From Tubulanus polymorphus (taxonomy: Eukaryota; Animalia; Nemertea): 64,000 bases of DNA. Position numbers and translations under genes: made by a program. The notes under the pieces are model-generated. The model worked only from the letters and a program-made list of their open reading frames with translations. It was not told the origin of the DNA and ran no database searches. Positions 1-12,252 of this stretch are shown piece after piece. The stretch is taken from positions 10,442,850-10,506,849 of the forward strand of contig NC_134029.1 of the NCBI RefSeq assembly GCF_964204645.1, written 5' to 3'. Every line of letters starts with the position of its first letter. Positions within the stretch are counted from its first letter, which is position 1.

Positions 1-59
1 TATGCAAATGAGGGCGACATTATGACAAAACCACAAAACTAAAATAACGCGACAAAACA

Positions 60-1280
60 TTATTTCGGTTTTATCGCCCGCGACAACTCATTATTTTGAT
101 CTTATCGCCCGCGACAATTCATTAATTTGGTTTTGTCACCCGCGACAAATCAATATTTTGGTTTTGTCGCCCACGACAATTCAATATTTTGGTTTTATCG
201 CCCGCGACAATTCATTATTTTGGTTTTATCGCCCGCAACAATTCATTAGTTTGGTTTTGTCGCCCGCGACAATTCAATATTTTGGTTTTGTCGCCCGCGA
301 CAATTCAAGATTTTGGTTTTATCGCCCGCGACAATTAAATATTTTGGTTTTATCGTCCGCGACAATTCATTAATTTGGTTTTGTCACCCGCGACAAATCA
401 GTATTTTGGTTTTGTCGCCCACGACAATTCAACTTTTTGGTTTTATCGCCCGCGACAATTCATTGTTTTGGTTTTATCGCCCGCGACAATCCATTAATTT
501 GGTTTTGTCACCCGCGACAAATCAATATTTTGGTTTTGTCCCCACGACAATTCAATATTTTGGTTTTATCGCCAGCGACAATTGATTATTTTGGTTTTAT
601 CGCCCGGAACAATTGAGTATTTTGGTTTTATCGCCCGCGACAATTCATTAATTTGGTTTTGTCACCCGCGACAAATCAATATTTTGGTTTTGTCGCCCAC
701 GACAATTCATTATTTTGGTTTTATCGCCTGCGACAATACATTGTTTTGGTTTTGTCGCACGCAACAATTCATAATTTTGGTTTTATCGCCCTCGACAATT
801 TTTTTTTGTCCCGGTTTTATCGCCTGCGACAATTCATTATTTTGGTTTTATCGCCAGCGACAATTCATTATTTTGGTTTTGTCGCCCGCGACAATCCTTC
901 TTTTTAGTTTTGTCGCCCGCGACAATTCATTATTTTGGTTTTATATTTTGTTTTTGTCGCCCGCAACAATTTTTTTTTTGGTTTTGGCGCCCGCGACAAT
1001 TTTTTTTTTGGTTTTGTCGCCCGCGACAATTCAATATTTTGGTTTTATCGCCCGCGATAATTCATCATTTTGGTTTTGTCGCCCGCGATAATTCATTATT
1101 TTGGTTTTATCACCCGCGACAATTCAATATTTTTGTTTTATCGCCCGCGACAATTCATAGTTTGGTTTTATCGCCCCCGACAATTCATTAGTTTGGTTTT
1201 GTCGCCCGTGACAATTCAATATTTTCGTTTTATCACCCGCGACAATTCATTAGTTTGGTTTTGTCGCCCGCGACAATTCT
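60..1280. repeat. 31-bp minisatellite array, consensus TTTTGGTTTTRTCGCCCGCGACAATTCAWTA
   Basis: Head-to-tail ~31-bp units, many with the hairpin TTGTCGC-CC-GCGACAA. The ORFs called here are translations of the repeat. Confidence 0.95.
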
Positions 1281-1284
1281 TTTT

Positions 1285-2383
1285 CAGCCCACTTGGGACT
1301 TTAGTCCCAGCGGGCTATTGCGTTCACTTTTCGTCCGTCCGTCCGTCCATAGACGGAATCCAGTTATTTCGGGAAGTTTTGAAGACGCTTCAAGGTAATG
1401 TCTTGATATTTGGTGTATACATGTATCTACCCTAGACACATCGTCAGCCCAAAAACTGGCCCTGTCAGATTCAAGATGGTCGACTGGCAGCCATTGTTGT
1501 TTGCCATAATCAGCACTTTTTAAACATTTTCGAAGTTTTCGTGGGAAATTTTGAAGACGCTTTGATCAATTACCTTGATCTTTCGTTTATATTTGAATCT
1601 ACCAAAGGCCCATCAGCATAAGAAAATTGGGTCGATCTGACTCTAGATGGCCGTCCTATGATGTTTTTAGTGCCCAAAAATGTCAATTTTGGCCAGAATT
1701 CTAGGTCCTGTAGCTTCCTACTGGTTTGCCATTTCTCATTGCAATTGCTGATGGGTATTCTTTAGAGAGGGATGTTTTATACCTGGGACAGGTATTTTGA
1801 TCAGACAATTATGACGCAATTGGCGGCCATCTTGGTGTCATCAGTACTCATTCGTAGGTGGGAAAAAGTTTTTCCACATTAAATTGATACCTAAGCATAT
1901 TGTGTTACTATATTCAATTGGAAAGTTGTAGCCCATAACGTGTTCTATGATTTTGGTGAGTTTCAAGGTCATTGGTTTTTGTATGTGGCCATCAGGGGGC
2001 GTTGAATAATACAATAACTTAGTATCGCTATATTATATTTGTACCAAGGCATATTTTGTTACCATGATCAATTGCAAAGTTGTAGTTCATGACATCATCT
2101 ATGATTGTGGTGAGTTTTTAAGGACATTAGTTATTCCATATAGTCACCAGGGGGCGTTGAATAGTAGAAAAGCTTAGTTTTTCCTTATTAGATTGGTACC
2201 TAGGCATAGTTTGTTATCACAATCAATTACAAAATCATAGCTGCTCACATGTTTTATGATTGTGGTGGGTTTCAAGGTCATTGGTTTTTGTATATGGTCA
2301 CTAGAGGGCGTTATGTATTTAAATTGTTAGATAGTTGAGCATTTGAAACCACTTCCCAAGTGAGCATGGTGTCCCTGGACCCC
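1285..2383 (+). mobile_element. Non-autonomous Helentron-associated (HINE/DINE-1-like) element, copy 1
   Basis: Starts after a T-run. 5' subTIR GCCCACTTGGGA with hairpin TGGGACTTTAGTCCCA, then (GTCC)4, ~153-bp internal repeats (~1947, 2100, 2255), 3' subTIR TCCCAAGTGAGC (2354-2365) and 3' stem-loop GTCCCTGGAC. Confidence 0.8.
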
Positions 2384-3584
2384 GCGACAATTCATTATTT
2401 TGGTTTTGTCGCACGCAACAATTCATTATTTTGTTTTTGCCGTCCGTGACAATTCATTATTTTGGTTTTATCGCCCGCGACGATTCAATATTTTGGTTTT
2501 AACGCCCGCGACAATTCATTATTTTGGTTTTATCGCCCGTGACAATTCATTATTTTTGTTTTGTCACCCGTGACAATTCAATATTTTGGTTTTGTCACCC
2601 GCGACAATTCATAATTTTGGTTTTGTCGCCCGCGACAATTAAATATTTTGGTTTTATCGTCCGCGACAATTCATTAATTTGGTTTTGTCACCCGCGACAA
2701 ATCAGTATTTTGGTTTTGTCGCCCACGACAATTCAACTTTTTGGTTTTATCGCCCGCGACAATTCATTGTTTTGGTTTTATCGCCCGCGACAATCCATTA
2801 ATTTGGTTTTGTCACCCGCGACAAATCAATATTTTGGTTTTGTCCCCACGACAATTCAATATTTTGGTTTTATCGCCAGCGACAATTGATTATTTTGGTT
2901 TTATCGCCCGGAACAATTGAGTATTTTGGTTTTATCGCCCGCGACAATTCATTAATTTGGTTTTGTCACCCGCGACAAATCAATATTTTGGTTTTGTCGC
3001 CCACGACAATTCATTATTTTGGTTTTATCGCCTGCGACAATACATTGTTTTGGTTTTGTCGCACGCAACAATTCATAATTTTGGTTTTATCGCCCTCGAC
3101 AATTTTTTTTTGTCCCGGTTTTATCGCCTGCGACAATTCATTATTTTGGTTTTATCGCCAGCGACAATTCATTATTTTGGTTTTGTCGCCCGCGACAATC
3201 CTTCTTTTTAGTTTTGTCGCCCGCGACAATTCATTATTTTGGTTTTATATTTTGTTTTTGTCGCCCGCAACAATTTTTTTTTTGGTTTTGGCGCCCGCGA
3301 CAATTTTTTTTTTGGTTTTGTCGCCCGCGACAATTCAATATTTTGGTTTTATCGCCCGCGATAATTCATCATTTTGGTTTTGTCGCCCGCGATAATTCAT
3401 TATTTTGGTTTTATCACCCGCGACAATTCAATATTTTTGTTTTATCGCCCGCGACAATTCATAGTTTGGTTTTATCGCCCCCGACAATTCATTAGTTTGG
3501 TTTTGTCGCCCGTGACAATTCAATATTTTCGTTTTATCACCCGCGACAATTCATTAGTTTGGTTTTGTCGCCCGCGACAATTCT
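2384..3584. repeat. 31-bp minisatellite array (continuation)
   Basis: Same unit as 60-1280. Confidence 0.95.
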
Positions 3585-3588
3585 TTTT

Positions 3589-4687
3589 CAGCCCACTTGG
3601 GACTTTAGTCCCAGCGGGCTATTGCGTTCACTTTTCGTCCGTCCGTCCGTCCATAGACGGAATCCAGTTATTTCGGGAAGTTTTGAAGACGCTTCAAGGT
3701 AATGTCTTGATATTTGGTGTATACATGTATCTACCCTAGACACATCGTCAGCCCAAAAACTGGCCCTGTCAGATTCAAGATGGTCGACTGGCAGCCATTG
3801 TTGTTTGCCATAATCAGCACTTTTTAAACATTTTCGAAGTTTTCGTGGGAAATTTTGAAGACGCTTTGATCAATTACCTTGATCTTTCGTTTATATTTGA
3901 ATCTACCAAAGGCCCATCAGCATAAGAAAATTGGGTCGATCTGACTCTAGATGGCCGTCCTATGATGTTTTTAGTGCCCAAAAATGTCAATTTTGGCCAG
4001 AATTCTAGGTCCTGTAGCTTCCTACTGGTTTGCCATTTCTCATTGCAATTGCTGATGGGTATTCTTTAGAGAGGGATGTTTTATACCTGGGACAGGTATT
4101 TTGATCAGACAATTATGACGCAATTGGCGGCCATCTTGGTGTCATCAGTACTCATTCGTAGGTGGGAAAAAGTTTTTCCACATTAAATTGATACCTAAGC
4201 ATATTGTGTTACTATATTCAATTGGAAAGTTGTAGCCCATAACGTGTTCTATGATTTTGGTGAGTTTCAAGGTCATTGGTTTTTGTATGTGGCCATCAGG
4301 GGGCGTTGAATAATACAATAACTTAGTATCGCTATATTATATTTGTACCAAGGCATATTTTGTTACCATGATCAATTGCAAAGTTGTAGTTCATGACATC
4401 ATCTATGATTGTGGTGAGTTTTTAAGGACATTAGTTATTCCATATAGTCACCAGGGGGCGTTGAATAGTAGAAAAGCTTAGTTTTTCCTTATTAGATTGG
4501 TACCTAGGCATAGTTTGTTATCACAATCAATTACAAAATCATAGCTGCTCACATGTTTTATGATTGTGGTGGGTTTCAAGGTCATTGGTTTTTGTATATG
4601 GTCACTAGAGGGCGTTATGTATTTAAATTGTTAGATAGTTGAGCATTTGAAACCACTTCCCAAGTGAGCATGGTGTCCCTGGACCCC
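3589..4687 (+). mobile_element. HINE-like element, copy 2 (within the duplicated block)
   Basis: Appears identical to 1285-2383. Confidence 0.8.
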
Positions 4688-4935
4688 GCGACAATTCATT
4701 ATTTTGGTTTTGTCGCACGCAACAATTCATTATTTTGTTTTTGCCGTCCGTGACAATTCATTATTTTGGTTTTATCGCCCGCGACGATTCAATATTTTGG
4801 TTTTAACGCCCGCGACAATTCATTATTTTGGTTTTATCGCCCGTGACAATTCATTATTTTTGTTTTGTCACCCGTGACAATTCAATATTTTGGTTTTGTC
4901 ACCCGCGACAATTCATAATTTTGGTTTTGTCGCCC
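4688..4935. repeat. 31-bp minisatellite array (end)
   Basis: Same unit as 60-1280. Confidence 0.9.
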
Positions 4936-4940
4936 GTGGT

Positions 4941-5320
4941 TTTGTCGGAACATTAAGTTTTTTGGTCGAACAGTGTGTTAAGGTCGTTTTGGAAATTTAC
5001 TCGGTCTGGAATATTTTGGATTACTGTGTATGTCATTTGTCAGGAGATTAAACAGAAGACGACTTAGGATACTACCTTGCGTGACTCCACTAGTCTGACC
5101 GTCTCATTCCAAGATGAGGCGTTCCGTTGATTTCGGTTTCAAGTTTCCGTTCAGAGATAACTGCTGAGCCATTTGGGCGACCTATCATTGATACTGTTTC
5201 CTAATAGCCTGTTTAGTAATGGCTGATGTTGAGCCTTATCAAATGCTTTGTTGAAATCCACCGTTGAACAGGATTCTAAGACTGTGCAGAAAACCCGTTA
5301 TCGCTGCTTTGCAGCTATAT
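4941..5320 (-). mobile_element. Dispersed repeat containing a degenerate CR1/L2-type LINE RT fragment
   Basis: Minus strand reads DFNKAFDK..H..LL...W.SSYL and, after a frameshift, SGVTQGSILSRLLF. A second copy lies at 18781-19142. Confidence 0.7.
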
Positions 5321-5387
5321 TTATAGTTTATTATTGCCAGGCTAAATAAAGATATAAAACGATATAATTCTACGCCCCGCTGTTTTA

Positions 5388-5765
5388 GCTTCCACGGCCA
5401 TACATTGGAAGAGGTTTCGTTTCCAAGACTTAATATTCAGCCACCCTCTGATATGTGACATCATATGAATTTTATTTGAATATTTTTTCATATTGTGAAA
5501 AATAATCTTTTGAAAATATAAAATAGTTTCCCTGCCGCACCTACCTGTACCCTACGAAATTTTGGATGGTGAACATAAACAAATGTTTATCTTTGGTCTT
5601 ATTTGACTACAAAATAATTCTTAAAGAAAGATAACATACAATATAAACTTCTAGTTGAAGTCACAAATTAAAAGGTTTTTTCAAGCAATGCCCTTAGAGG
5701 CCTACTCCAAACAACCTCTAGCTTTCAAGGTAAACCACACTTTGCCCATGGGCAATTTATTTGAT
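5388..5765 (+). mobile_element. Fragment of the repeat found inside the piggyBac-like element (41420-42370), lacking the MITE
   Basis: Colinear with 41421-41501 joined to 42086-42368. Confidence 0.75.
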
Positions 5766-7587
5766 TACTTGGAGCATGGATTCTCTGTAATTCTGCCAAA
5801 AACTTTATGATGAAGATTAGTAGGCGTATTTGTTTCCATTCATAATTCTAAAAAAGACATATTTTTCTAGATATTTTCCATCCTTATTTTCGATCTAATA
5901 AATTGTCTGTTAAAAGTCTGTCTTTTCCCATCATTTGAATTCAATCCAATAGTTTTCACTAATAGCTCCAATAGTTTTCGCTAACAGCTGATCGCTGTCT
6001 CCGCTGCTGTACCGGAGGGAATTTAGGGGTTTATAGGGGTATATTTGAAACTTCATGGAATAGTTACCAAGGTATCTGACACAGAAAATTTATATAGCAT
6101 GTTGTTGATAACTTTTGGGCCAACAATGTAGACATAAATAATTCGGATATAAGTGAACTTGAGGTCAAGGTCACATACTCCAAGATGGCCACCATGAAAA
6201 AAATTCACGATACAGTTTCAGATAAACTGCCCTGTCTCCCAGCAGAATGCACTGATCTATTCAATTCCAACTGATATTGTATGCCATATATCCTTACTTA
6301 ATGTAGTAAAAATTTCAAAGCAATAGAACCACTAACAAATTTATTTTTCCACTCATTTACCATGATATGTCGGAAGGCCAGATGTAAGGGGTTTCATTGG
6401 GGTATAATTTCAGACCTCAGAAAATTGTTACCTATGTATTTGACACTGATACATTGTATACCATGGTGTTGATAACCATTGGGCTTACAAATAAGACCAA
6501 TTATTTAGATATATGTGACCTTGAGGATGGACAGTTTCTGGTTCTTCATTTTTGTTATTGGTCTCCGTTGCCATGACAACCGTATCAACAGGGTCTAAAA
6601 AAATTGTCACTGATTTCATTCTCATCATCAAAATCATAGCCGGCACTATAAACCTATTTTCAAACGTTTTCGCTGAAGAAACCTCTAAAGAAACCTCTCG
6701 CTTTAATCCTAGGCCTTTCTAAACGCAGGGGTCTCAGTCGAACCTTACAAAGTTGCAGCTTGTGACATATTAGGCTATTTGATTGTGGTGTGTGTCAAGT
6801 TAACTGTGGTTTTTAGGCCAATCAGGGAAAAATAGCTTTTTCTCAAAATGTATGGATTACTTTGATATGCTAATTAGCCATGTGCTCAAAATGCAAATTC
6901 AATCAAATTTTATTCTGCTAAAAAACATCAAATCTATTTCAATTTTTACTTTAATGGACAAATGAAACATCAAATCCAATTTAATTTTGTTCTGCATTCA
7001 AATCAATAAGACTGAAGGGAAAAGATCACAGGGGCCTAACACAAGGTTTTTAACCCTAGTTTCCTGGTACTGAATCAGAGCTGCCAACGGAATTTCACCG
7101 TTTGTCCCGCTGTCCCGGGAAGCATTCAGATGTCATGGATTATTGAACAATTAGCTTTTGTCACAGAAATTGTGATGGCTTTTATTGATTTCAATGTTTT
7201 CAATGGGAAGTTGGCTCTTTTTTCGTTCGCAGTATATGTAATCTATACATGTCGCGAGTGAATATTATAAGGCAAGTCTTCACTGTGGTGCTAGCAGTCA
7301 GTACTCTTGGCATGATATAATCTGGCGAGTGAACACTGTTGCGCTAGCAGACGGTACTCAGGAATGATTTAATATGGAGAGTGAACTCTGTGGAGTTAGC
7401 AGTCAGTACTTGACTTTCCTGGAACATTGAGTTAGATTTCCTGTGTGTGAACTTTAAGAAACATGCATTCATGATGCCGCTCTCCTGACCTGGGCACAAG
7501 ATAAGTGCTTGATTTTAAGTTAAAAAGCTGAAATGCTGAAATTTTTGGATTTCCCTGAAAATTGATGGCTGTCCCAAAAAATTGGAA

Positions 7588-9260
7588 AGTTAGACGAGAC
7601 TTACCTGTAAGTTGAAGTTTGACTTGAATTCTATAGAGTGAGGTTAAGGTTAGAGATTAACATGGTTCCTTTGTAGTTTTCTCTTAATTAGTTTAATATC
7701 CTAACTCTTCTTGTAGGTCAATAGTGGCAGCCTTTTCCTTTTTTGACTGAATTGCGTGATATCAAAATTTGATCATCAATATACCCACTGATCGTGATCC
7801 CTGTGCTCCGTAGAAAAGCATGTACAGGTTTACAGATTTTTGTGTAAATTCTAGGACCAGAAGCCAAACCATTAGGCACGCATGTACATTGATACAATTT
7901 ATCCTTGAATCTAAATCAAAGCCATCTTCTATCATCAGGATGGATTGGCACTCCATAGGCCTAATAGGTGCCTTTTATATCGATGGATTGCATGTAACAT
8001 CCTTGATAAACTAATTTCAGTACAGTCCCAAAAGTTTCCATCTTAGAATGTCTATAAACAATATGTTCATTCAATTTGCTCAAATTCAAAATTAATCTAT
8101 ATGCACCTTTCTCTTTCTTGGAGCGAATGAATATGTTAGATATGAATTCGGGGTAGTCATGTCCAGTTTCTTCAATGACCCCTGTTTCTGCCAATGAATC
8201 CACCAATCTTTCAATGATCTGAATTTCAGTGGCATTAAATCTAATAGGTCTTGGGACCCAAGTTTGTATGGGTGGCAGCCCGTCCTTAAATTCGAGCCTG
8301 TACCCAGAAATAGCATCCAGCACTGTCTGATCAGAAGTTATCCTATTCCATTTATGAACATGCCTGCCCAGATTTCCAGCTGACCTATTTATAACAGATT
8401 GTCTTACCTCTAAACTGTCCTTGATTTCACTCCTTTCTTTAGGCGAAGAGGAAATCTGTATGAGGTACTGTGGCCGAGCATAAATGTGTAAATTCGGTTT
8501 TAAGTTCCGGTTTGAGGAATTCTCTCCTTCTCGCTATAGGTTATGGAACCCATTTCCCAGAAAACCTAATGCGTTTGACATTTCCTCAGAAAAATTAACG
8601 TCTCGGTTATTCAACATATTATCTGCTAATTGTGTGATACAGACACTGGCTTTAACCAAGTAGTCTTGGACAGATTGTTATCTAGCATCGATAATCTGAG
8701 CCTTATTAGAGACAACATCCCATAAAAGCTGGTTTACTTTCACCTTTGTTAAACGTTCACAGTTTTCGGGTCTAATGTAGGTTTTCCCGATTTCCTTATA
8801 GGCTGCTTCACTCATACCCTCCAAGAAGGCAGAATTAACCAACTGTGCAAGATTTGTATCCACTTTAGGTCCTGTTTTCTCCTTTTTAATAAACCTGTCT
8901 CGCACATTCGCAAATATACTTGTACTCGATTCATTTTGCCCAATTCTTACGCTTATTTAAGGGCTCCGCAGAGTAACTCTGTAACTCAGTTTCCAGCGAT
9001 CCTGACCCTTTAGTCTTTCTCGAACTGGTGTGACTCGGCTTCTTGATTTCCATTACTTCTGTAACCGTACTGACTTCCGTTGATTCATTGCCGTTAGCAC
9101 CCACAGTGCCGGCGACTGCCATTTTGTTTTTATCTTTCTGGCTTGACGACCTCGTCGTCTGCCGAACGCTCGGATTAACTGTAGGTGTAGCCGCCCCCTG
9201 CGGTTCACCACCAGGTTCCTCCTTCACTGAACTCATGATCAACCATAAACTACCACTCCA
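7588..9260 (-). mobile_element. DIRS-type retrotransposon remnant (gag and N-terminal RT)
   Basis: 8678-8905 has gag-like RPENC..L..VKVN..LW. 7961-8323 has GYRLEF..GVIE..FISNIF..KK..G.YRLILNL..LN....KMET..YMQSIDIK, typical of DIRS RT. Truncated before the catalytic DD motif; no tyrosine recombinase seen. Confidence 0.75.
7961..8323 (-). pseudogene. DIRS reverse transcriptase N-terminal fragment
   Basis: Motifs as in the DIRS remnant; premature stop. Confidence 0.75.
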
Positions 9261-10814
9261 TGAGTGATAAAAGAGTTTTATTATGCAAAATATACTCCGT
9301 ATAAATAATCACCTTACGAATTTTGTAATAGCACTTCAAGGCAACTGATGGCGCATGCGCGGGCATATCTCATGGAAATCTCTAACAACTTTACCGAAAT
9401 GAAATAGAATGGGGATGTTGGCAGCTTTGCTATATATATGAAAAGAATAGTTAGCAGCAGCTCTGCTGCCTCCCCAGCAGGGGCTGTATATTGCAATGGC
9501 TTTGCACTAAGATAAAATGCTATCAGCGAAAGTTCACTAAGCTGCTGTTAAAACAGCTGAGAGAAATTCAATTTCAAACACACAGTATCATCTTTAACTA
9601 GCGGTCCTTAAAATCTTGCGACAAAAGTTTTGCCCCAAGTCGATAAGCTCGATTAATGAGCCCCTTTTGTGCAATTCTTAAAATTAGCAAAAATTGCAGT
9701 TTTTTCACTGTGAGTGGTTATTATCCTGTAACATAGTGGTTTTTATCCTGTAACATGTACATGTCCAACATGTAGAAAATCATTCAGCATTTGGTGGCAT
9801 ACGTTGTATGGAAGATGTCTATTTGAGTCATTGGGGAAATCCCACTACCACATATATTCTTGATCTTGATTATGATACTGCGTCATCTGCGTATTGGTGA
9901 TGCATGGAGTGGGTTCTTATTGTTCAGCGGTGCAATGGGGTGTGGCGCAGGTAAGGTGGATCTCATTCTTAGTACTCTGATTCCACTGGCTGACTCTAGG
10001 AAAGCATGAAAATTTGAATTTGTCGGTATTCGCACTGAACACTCTGAATTTGGTACTGTTTGTAGATCTTGTAAGCGTGTTTCCTGGTTTGAGGTACTCC
10101 TCTACTTGTACAGCGACTGTTCCGGAATCGATCTCAGTCTTAGATTCCTTCGTCGGGATTCTAGGGATGATGAGTCGTGTGATTATAACATGTAATCATA
10201 GAACTCATGAGTTCTATGTTGTAATGTGTGCTGAGATCGTTTCATTTGATGGATTTTCATAGAACTTCCAGGAAAATTTCTTGGTTCAAGTGAAGACAGG
10301 CTTTTAACTACTTGAAGCATGGATCCCCCTCTGAAATTCTGCCAAAACACACGTTGAAAAAATGTTTTTTCACCATTCATATATAATTTTGAAAAAAAGA
10401 ATCTTTATCTTGATATTTCCGTTTAATTCAAGTTTCTGCAAAAAAGTCATGTAAATGATTTAAAAGCCTGTTCGTCGAGCATCCCAAGTATGAAATTGAA
10501 GCCCAGGTCTTTGAGATTTTATAATTTGTGAAGTTGCCGCGTCAAGCCCCATGGGGCTCTTGTTATATATAGTACCTAGGATACTGGGGTCAAAAAGCTT
10601 TGTGTCAGGCCCCTGTGGAAAAGATTGACCCGAGTTATTTGTTCCTGCCAGATCCCTGTCGGTGGTACTTATGAAAACAGGACTGTGTGAATTATAGGTA
10701 TTGTCTCTGAGCTTGGAGTGTATTTTGACAAATAAGACCCACACAGAATGCATCATTTGCCATTTTAAGAAAAGCTGACAGGCTGGCCATAGTGCCCCTT
10801 TGGGCTTTTGTTTT

Positions 10815-11067
10815 ATATAGTCACCAGGGGATGTTAAAGAGCTGAGTAACTTAGTATTTTCATATTGTATTGGTCCATAGGCAAATTTTGTTACCTCAAT
10901 CCATTGTGAAATTGTAGCTAGTGATATTTTGTATGATTGTGGTATGTTTCAAGGTCATTTCTTTCCTAAAATTCTCACCAGGGGCATTGAATATTCAAAT
11001 TTCCTGATTATCGAGCATTGTTGAGCATTTCAAACCACTTTCCTAGTGGGTGTCCCTGGACCCTAGT
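10815..11067 (+). mobile_element. 3' fragment of the same HINE family as 1285-2383
   Basis: Matches the internal repeat and 3' end (GAGCATTTCAAACCACTT...GTGTCCCTGGACCCTAGT). Confidence 0.7.
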
Positions 11068-11131
11068 ATTGCATGGTTAACCATATCAACTTATTCAGAT
11101 ATTTTCATAATTTAGATATTTACTTTTTCAG

Positions 11132-11232
11132 TGCCTCAACTCGTGCACCATGGGAAAATAGACTTTCTTGTTTTTGATTACCTATCGGAAATCACCATGT
11201 CGCTTCTTACAGCTGTCAAAGCAAAGAATTCA
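11132..11232 (+). CDS. atuA: Internal exon of a host AtuA/DUF1446 (acyclic terpene utilisation)-family gene
   Basis: Acceptor TTTTTCAG and donor GTGAGT bound a 101-bp exon encoding (V)PQLVHHGKIDFLVFDYLSEITMSLLTAVKAKNS. This matches the AtuA N-terminal motif QLV..G.LDYLVFDYLAE.TMS. Confidence 0.8.
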
Positions 11233-12063
11233 GTGAGTAGTACATGTATTTTAAGTATGAACAATACATCCAAGGGACGTGTATTGTGTACTAACGTCCA
11301 GGTTTTAACTATTCTGGTGATAGTTTTTGTGATAATACACAAATGAATTTTATGAAACAAAGTCAAAGTATATACAAAATGAATGCTAAGGTTCAAAGGA
11401 CATTATAAGCAATTGCAATTATCATTTAAGTAACAGTGGCATTTGATGGTGATCATAAATATATAAATGCACATAACTGATGATTATAATAAAAGATGAT
11501 GATAATAATAGTAATGATAATAACAATGGTGAATTATAACAATAGTAGTAAATACAGCTGCAAAGCAGCGATAACAGGTTTCTGCCTTGCTGGGGTCAAC
11601 TCAGCATGGATATGTTGACCCACATGTTCACTTTGTACAAAGTACTAATGTACCAAGTTTAGTGGAAATAACATCAAGAATAATGTTGAAAATGTGTTTT
11701 TACCATTCCCTAGTGTCAGTTGTTTGAACTAATGCTGGTTAGCGTACTATACATATGTATATGTTTATACACTAGGTTTATGATTTCTATAACTAAATGA
11801 CTGAATTTAACACAAAAAAATGGATGCTAGAATGAGTTTTCAAAATTTAGGCCCTCTAGTTGTTAGAATAGGAACTAACTAGGTGAGGGATTCGTTGTAT
11901 TTAGTAACCAGGTACATGTGTATCAATTTTAATGGACTTTCACTGTAGCGAAGTCCATTTTGCTATCGCATATAACACTTTCTTCCTTTGGTACAAAATA
12001 ACTTTCAAATGAGGCTTAGTTTCTTTTCAGAACTTTCAAAACATTCATTGCAGTAATAAAATC

Positions 12064-12237
12064 TGTTGTTACAAAGTAAAGTAACGCAGCTACCAAGGAA
12101 GAACGCAAAAAACAACGGACGTCTATCTACTTCGACTTTTTATTCTCGACTAACAAAAACAGATACATAAAACATAAGGTTATTATAAGGTGACCTATTT
12201 TCGAGTTTTACAGTAGAAATATTACTTTTTAACAACA
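12064..12237 (-). repeat. Copia 3' LTR
   Basis: Direct repeat of 15956-16149 with one ~20-bp indel. Confidence 0.95.
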
Positions 12238-12252
12238 CTCCAACTTAATATT

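Larger units (their letters stand above)
322..4935. repeat. Near-perfect 2304-bp tandem duplication (322-2631 repeated at 2626-4935)
   Basis: Identical ORFs recur at offset 2304 (582/2886, 653/2957, 1070/3374). Unique sequence 1285-2383 is repeated at 3589-4687. Confidence 0.95.

Noticed and set aside
158-3739. ORFs with VLSPAT/FIARDN repeats
   Set aside because: Translations of the minisatellite in all three frames.
60-4935. CRISPR-like array (31-bp palindromic repeats)
   Set aside because: Units are contiguous with no unique spacers, there are no cas genes, and the context is eukaryotic.
9870-10190. LINE remnant (minus-strand YADD)
   Set aside because: Very short and the fragments are out of expected order; cannot be delimited.
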